From positions 1 through 64,000 of the forward strand of contig JAPLVR010000003.1 of the NCBI GenBank assembly GCA_026397015.1: a stretch of 64,000 bases of DNA, written 5' to 3'. This DNA is from Candidatus Iainarchaeum sp. (GTDB lineage: Archaea; Iainarchaeota; Iainarchaeia; Iainarchaeales; JAAZKV01). Below are positions 60,470 to 64,000 of this stretch, piece after piece. Below the pieces are notes generated by a model that was given only the letters and a program-made list of their open reading frames with translations, searched no databases and was not told the DNA's origin. Numbering within the stretch: the stretch's first letter is position 1; every line of letters starts with the position of its first letter. A program made the translations under genes and the position numbers.

Positions 60470-61147
60470 TCTCAAAAGAGTGAATGGAAATTTTACTATT
60501 TCCATCTTTCTTAATTTCGATTTGCCCGAAGTCCTGTCGGCGAAAAATATAGGCACTTCTTTTATTTTCGCGCCTTTTTTGTGACAATGATAAATCAGCT
60601 CTTCCAAAAAAGAATAGCTCGTTGATTTTATCTTTGAAAAATCAATTTTTTTTAGAAGTGATATTTTGTAACAGCGAAAACCGGAAGTAAGATCATTTGC
60701 AGGAACTCCCAAAATAAGGCGCGCCAAAAAATTTGCGCCGCCGCTGATTATTTTTCTTGAAATAGCCCAGTTAGTTCCCCCGCCGGCAACATAGCGAGAG
60801 CCTATCACCACACCAGCGCCAGCTTGGATTTCACGTATAAAATCTTTTGAATAATCAAAATCATGGGAAAGGTCAGCATCCATCGAAAAAACAACATCCG
60901 CGTTCAGCTCAAATGCTTTTTTGAATCCCGCAAGATAGGCGGAACCAAGCCCCATTTTGCACGGCCTGGAAACCAAAAAAACTTTCCTGAATTTTTTTGC
61001 AGCCTTGGCGGTGCCATCCGGCGAATTGTCATCTACAACTATTGCCTTAAATTCGACGCCCTTTATTTTCTGGGAAAGGATTTTCGGAAGAAGACGTTCA
61101 AGATTTTTCTTTTCATTATAAGTCGGAATCACTACTGCAGCAATCAA
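60452..61147 (-). CDS. polyprenol-phosphate mannose synthase (DPM1-like GT2)
   Basis: IPTYNE, DDNSPDGT, MDADLSH, DLTSGFR. Confidence 0.93.
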   Translation of the reverse strand: MIAAVVIPTYNEKKNLERLLPKILSQKIKGVEFKAIVVDDNSPDGTAKAAKKFRKVFLVSRPCKMGLGSAYLAGFKKAFELNADVVFSMDADLSHDFDYSKDFIREIQAGAGVVIGSRYVAGGGTNWAISRKIISGGANFLARLILGVPANDLTSGFRCYKISLLKKIDFSKIKSTSYSFLEELIYHCHKKGAKIKEVPIFFADRTSGKSKLRKMEIVKFPFTLLRLRFFG

Positions 61148-61241
61148 ATTACCACATAAACGAATGGAACCGTTCAGAATAAAAAGAATAACTACAAAAA
61201 ATAGGTTGATGGATTTAAAATTTTTTTGAAGTGGTAATTAA

Positions 61242-61985
61242 ATGATAGGAATAATAGGCGGCTCGGGATTGGAAGACCCGAAACTACTACATAACGTTAG
61301 GGGGGTTAAAATCAAAACCCCCTTTGGAAAGCACACGCCGATAAAAAAAGGAAAAATAAACGGAATTGAGGTTGCAGTGCTTTCAAGGCACGGATACAAA
61401 CATGAACATTCGCCCACTGCGGTGCCTTACAAGGCAAACATGTGGGCGCTGAAAAAACTGGGTTGCAAGGCAATAATTGCGACGAGCGCATGCGGCTCGC
61501 TCAAAGAAGAAATAAAACCAAACACATTTTCGCTGCCTTCACAATTTCTAGATAGAACGCATCACCGCGACCAGAGCTATACAGAGCATGGAAAAGTGTT
61601 GCACATTTCAATGGCGGAACCTTTCTCGGCTGAACTGAGAAAAATACTTTTAAAAAAATGCAAAGAACTTGGATATGCTTGCACGGCAGAAACAACAGTT
61701 GTGACAATTGAAGGGCCGAGATTTTCAACGAAGGCGGAGAGCAAATTTTACCGCTTGCTCGAATGCGACCTCATCAATATGACTACTGTGCCAGAAGTCT
61801 GCCTGGCGAAGGAAATTGAAATCCCCTACCAAGTAATAAACCTTGTAACAGATTATGACTGCTGGCGCGAGGGAACGGCACCGGTTTCATTTGAAAAAGT
61901 GATGAAAGTGATGCGGGAAAATGCCGAGAAAGTGAAAAAACTTATTGTCGAAACTCTTCCTGAAATAGACGAAGAATTTCGCTAA
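61242..61985 (+). CDS. mtnP: 5'-methylthioadenosine phosphorylase
   Basis: IGGSG, RHG..H, EGPRFST.AES, NMT..PE, TDYDCW. Confidence 0.95.
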   Translation: MIGIIGGSGLEDPKLLHNVRGVKIKTPFGKHTPIKKGKINGIEVAVLSRHGYKHEHSPTAVPYKANMWALKKLGCKAIIATSACGSLKEEIKPNTFSLPSQFLDRTHHRDQSYTEHGKVLHISMAEPFSAELRKILLKKCKELGYACTAETTVVTIEGPRFSTKAESKFYRLLECDLINMTTVPEVCLAKEIEIPYQVINLVTDYDCWREGTAPVSFEKVMKVMRENAEKVKKLIVETLPEIDEEFR

Positions 61986-62028
61986 TCAAATTTTATATTA
62001 CCAGAAATCCAATATTACCAGTTAGTTT

Positions 62029-62544
62029 CTATATCGCGCCGAACAGGGAAAAAACCCCCACTGTTAAAATTGTGACAATTATTCCGGCGATTGTGACGCC
62101 GATTGCATCTGCTATGAAAAACTTTTTGTACCCCAACCCCAAAAGATTTCCTATAAGCGCGCCTGTCCACGCGCCCGTTCCGGGCAACGGAACTGCAATG
62201 AAGAGCGCCAAGCCAATCACCCCATATTTTTCAATCAAATTATGGGATTTTTTTTGGGCGCGCACCACAATTTTATTGTAAATTTTTTTTATCCACCCTA
62301 CTTTTAAAAAAATAAAAAGAATTTTGTCGACAAAAAAATAAACAACCATTCCCGCGGCGATGTTTGCCAGCACACACACCATAAAAACAAGCGGAACAGG
62401 AAGGCCAAACCCCTGGACAGTCCCAAGCAGGGGCACATTTTCAACCGTTTTGAAAACCCCTATCGGAATGCTCCACCTGAGTTCGAGAAAAGGCACTGCT
62501 GACAGTAAAACCAGCAAAACAATTTTATCAAGCATCAAAAACAT
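62029..62544 (-). CDS. small multi-drug export family membrane protein
   Basis: PFLELRWSIP and FIAVPLPGTGAWTG. Confidence 0.88.
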   Translation of the reverse strand: MFLMLDKIVLLVLLSAVPFLELRWSIPIGVFKTVENVPLLGTVQGFGLPVPLVFMVCVLANIAAGMVVYFFVDKILFIFLKVGWIKKIYNKIVVRAQKKSHNLIEKYGVIGLALFIAVPLPGTGAWTGALIGNLLGLGYKKFFIADAIGVTIAGIIVTILTVGVFSLFGAI

Positions 62545-62619
62545 TGAGAAGTAAAACTATAAAAACTAGTTTGTTCTAATTAATACGCGGAAAAATGCCT
62601 TTTACAAAGATGATTATTA

Positions 62620-64000
62620 ATGGGAAAAACACTGAAAGCGCCGATTTTTTTATTTTTAATACTTATTTTTTTAATCCCGGGAATTTTTGCCGGCAGCGCA
62701 TCCATAAACACTTTTGATTTGAATGTCGCTTCTGCGACAACACTCTCGGGAGTCAAAGCAACTTTGACATATTTGAACACGGGCGATTTTAATGCGCTCT
62801 GCTTCAACACATCGGATAGCAGTTCGGGCAGCACATGCCAAGAAGGAGATTTTGGGGCTTTTCCAAGTTTAACTTTGGATTACTCTCTGATAAGCGGGAT
62901 GTCTTCTAATGCACAAGAAGGAAGCCACACAATTTACGCATTTGTAAAACAGGATGACGGCGGTTATTCAGCATCGACATCCAAAGGGCTGGTAATTGAT
63001 GCAAGCGCCCCGACATATACTGTTTTTCCGGCAAATAATTCAGACCATAATGTAGGCACATTAACTTTTGATATTAATTTTACCGATTCGTCTACCCCTG
63101 TTGTTTCGCTGATAAAATTGAACGGAACCACAACAATAACTGACGGATCCTCATTGAGCCCCAGTGACGGAACGCACACAATTACAATTGATGCAAACGA
63201 CGCGCTCGGAAACGCCATGGCAACAGCTACAATTACTTTCAGAGTAGATACTAACGCACCGACATCCGCGAGCGTCAGTTCGGCAAATTCTTCTTCATAC
63301 ACAAATAGCAGCACACCCACAATTACCGCGAGCGCCACGGACACAGTTTCGGGAGTCGACGGCGGGCAAATAGCGCTTTCGTGCAAGCCGACCGGCGCAT
63401 GGTATGTAAGGTCGTATGCAACGACGATTACTGATTTCAACATAGTTTTAAGCAGCTACGACTGCAACACGAGCGATGGAAATAAATTGATTTATGTTAA
63501 GTTCAAAGATGCCGCTGGCAACTGGACAACAAGTTCTGTTATTACGAACGCACTTATTGACAGGACTGTGCCGAGCGCGCCAAGCGGATTAAGTGCGACT
63601 GTTGGAAACGCACAGGTTGAATTGAGTTGGAGCGCTCCGGCTGCGGACAGCCTTCCAGGATCGGGAAACGCAGGATATAAAGTGTATAAAGACAATGCTC
63701 TTTACGCCACAGTTACTAGCGCAACAACCAAAACAGTTACAGGACTAACGAACGGCACAAGTTATGGTTTCAAAGTTAGAACTTATGATAATGCGGGAAA
63801 CTTGAGCGAAGCAACCGCGGATGTAAATGCGACGCCTTCGGCTGGGCCTGTTGCGAACGCAACCATCACAGTGAAAAGAGGAACTGCGGCGCCGAGTTAT
63901 GTGAAAAACGGTGACGCTTTAACAGTAACATGCTCTTTCAGCTACGACGTTAATTCCGCAAGAATTTATTACAAATACAGAAATCCTGACCAGGCACAGG
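62620..64000 (+). CDS. secreted Ig-like/fibronectin-III surface protein, partial (runs off the window end)
   Basis: Not in the ORF track; hand translation is open for 460 codons: signal peptide MGKTLKAPIFLFLILIFLIPGIFA, Ig-like DxxAP/DAAGN repeats, FN3 (PSAPSGLSAT...LSW...GLTNGTSY.FKV). Confidence 0.9.
   Translation, partial: MGKTLKAPIFLFLILIFLIPGIFAGSASINTFDLNVASATTLSGVKATLTYLNTGDFNALCFNTSDSSSGSTCQEGDFGAFPSLTLDYSLISGMSSNAQEGSHTIYAFVKQDDGGYSASTSKGLVIDASAPTYTVFPANNSDHNVGTLTFDINFTDSSTPVVSLIKLNGTTTITDGSSLSPSDGTHTITIDANDALGNAMATATITFRVDTNAPTSASVSSANSSSYTNSSTPTITASATDTVSGVDGGQIALSCKPTGAWYVRSYATTITDFNIVLSSYDCNTSDGNKLIYVKFKDAAGNWTTSSVITNALIDRTVPSAPSGLSATVGNAQVELSWSAPAADSLPGSGNAGYKVYKDNALYATVTSATTKTVTGLTNGTSYGFKVRTYDNAGNLSEATADVNATPSAGPVANATITVKRGTAAPSYVKNGDALTVTCSFSYDVNSARIYYKYRNPDQAQ

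Noticed and set aside
62580-63695. Minus-strand ORFs listed in the track near the window end
   Set aside because: Antisense shadows of the plus-strand secreted protein starting at 62620.
1-64000. Transposases, integrases, provirus, defence systems or an alternative genetic code
   Set aside because: None recognised; core genes translate full length with the standard code.

Overview
Archaeal chromosomal window, most likely a DPANN lineage (Iainarchaeota/Diapherotrites-like; inferred from gene content, not proven). 0.6-19.6 kb is housekeeping: rpl12-rplP0-rpl1, rpl11-spt5-secE-ftsZ, ribose-1,5-bisphosphate isomerase, tyrS, AMP phosphorylase, ksgA-DUF655-rpo4-rpl21e, TBP, a stand-alone 5S rRNA, ferredoxin and endonuclease IV. 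A deletion-damaged pilin-signal/LVIVD beta-propeller gene and a relic of a second propeller gene interrupt the rpl11-rpl1 pair. A candidate ~140-nt structured ncRNA with its own TATA box and U-tract lies at ~275-415. 19.7-62 kb is a ~42 kb protein N-glycosylation/surface-glycan cluster: AglB, AglH(Alg7)-Alg14-Alg13, GT2/GT4/GT9/GT-C enzymes, two flippases plus GtrA, three B12-binding radical SAM enzymes with an ECF S-component, many methyltransferases, two DegT aminotransferases, a FemABX-like transferase and MTAP. The window ends inside a secreted Ig/FN3 protein. Top hypothesis: the AglB has WWN instead of the near-invariant WWD (+2 Ser/Thr pocket) and a Lys at the apparent PglB R331 (-2 Asp-binding) position, while the secreted protein is ~5-fold enriched in D-x-N. 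Together these suggest an altered N-glycosylation sequon (D-x-N).
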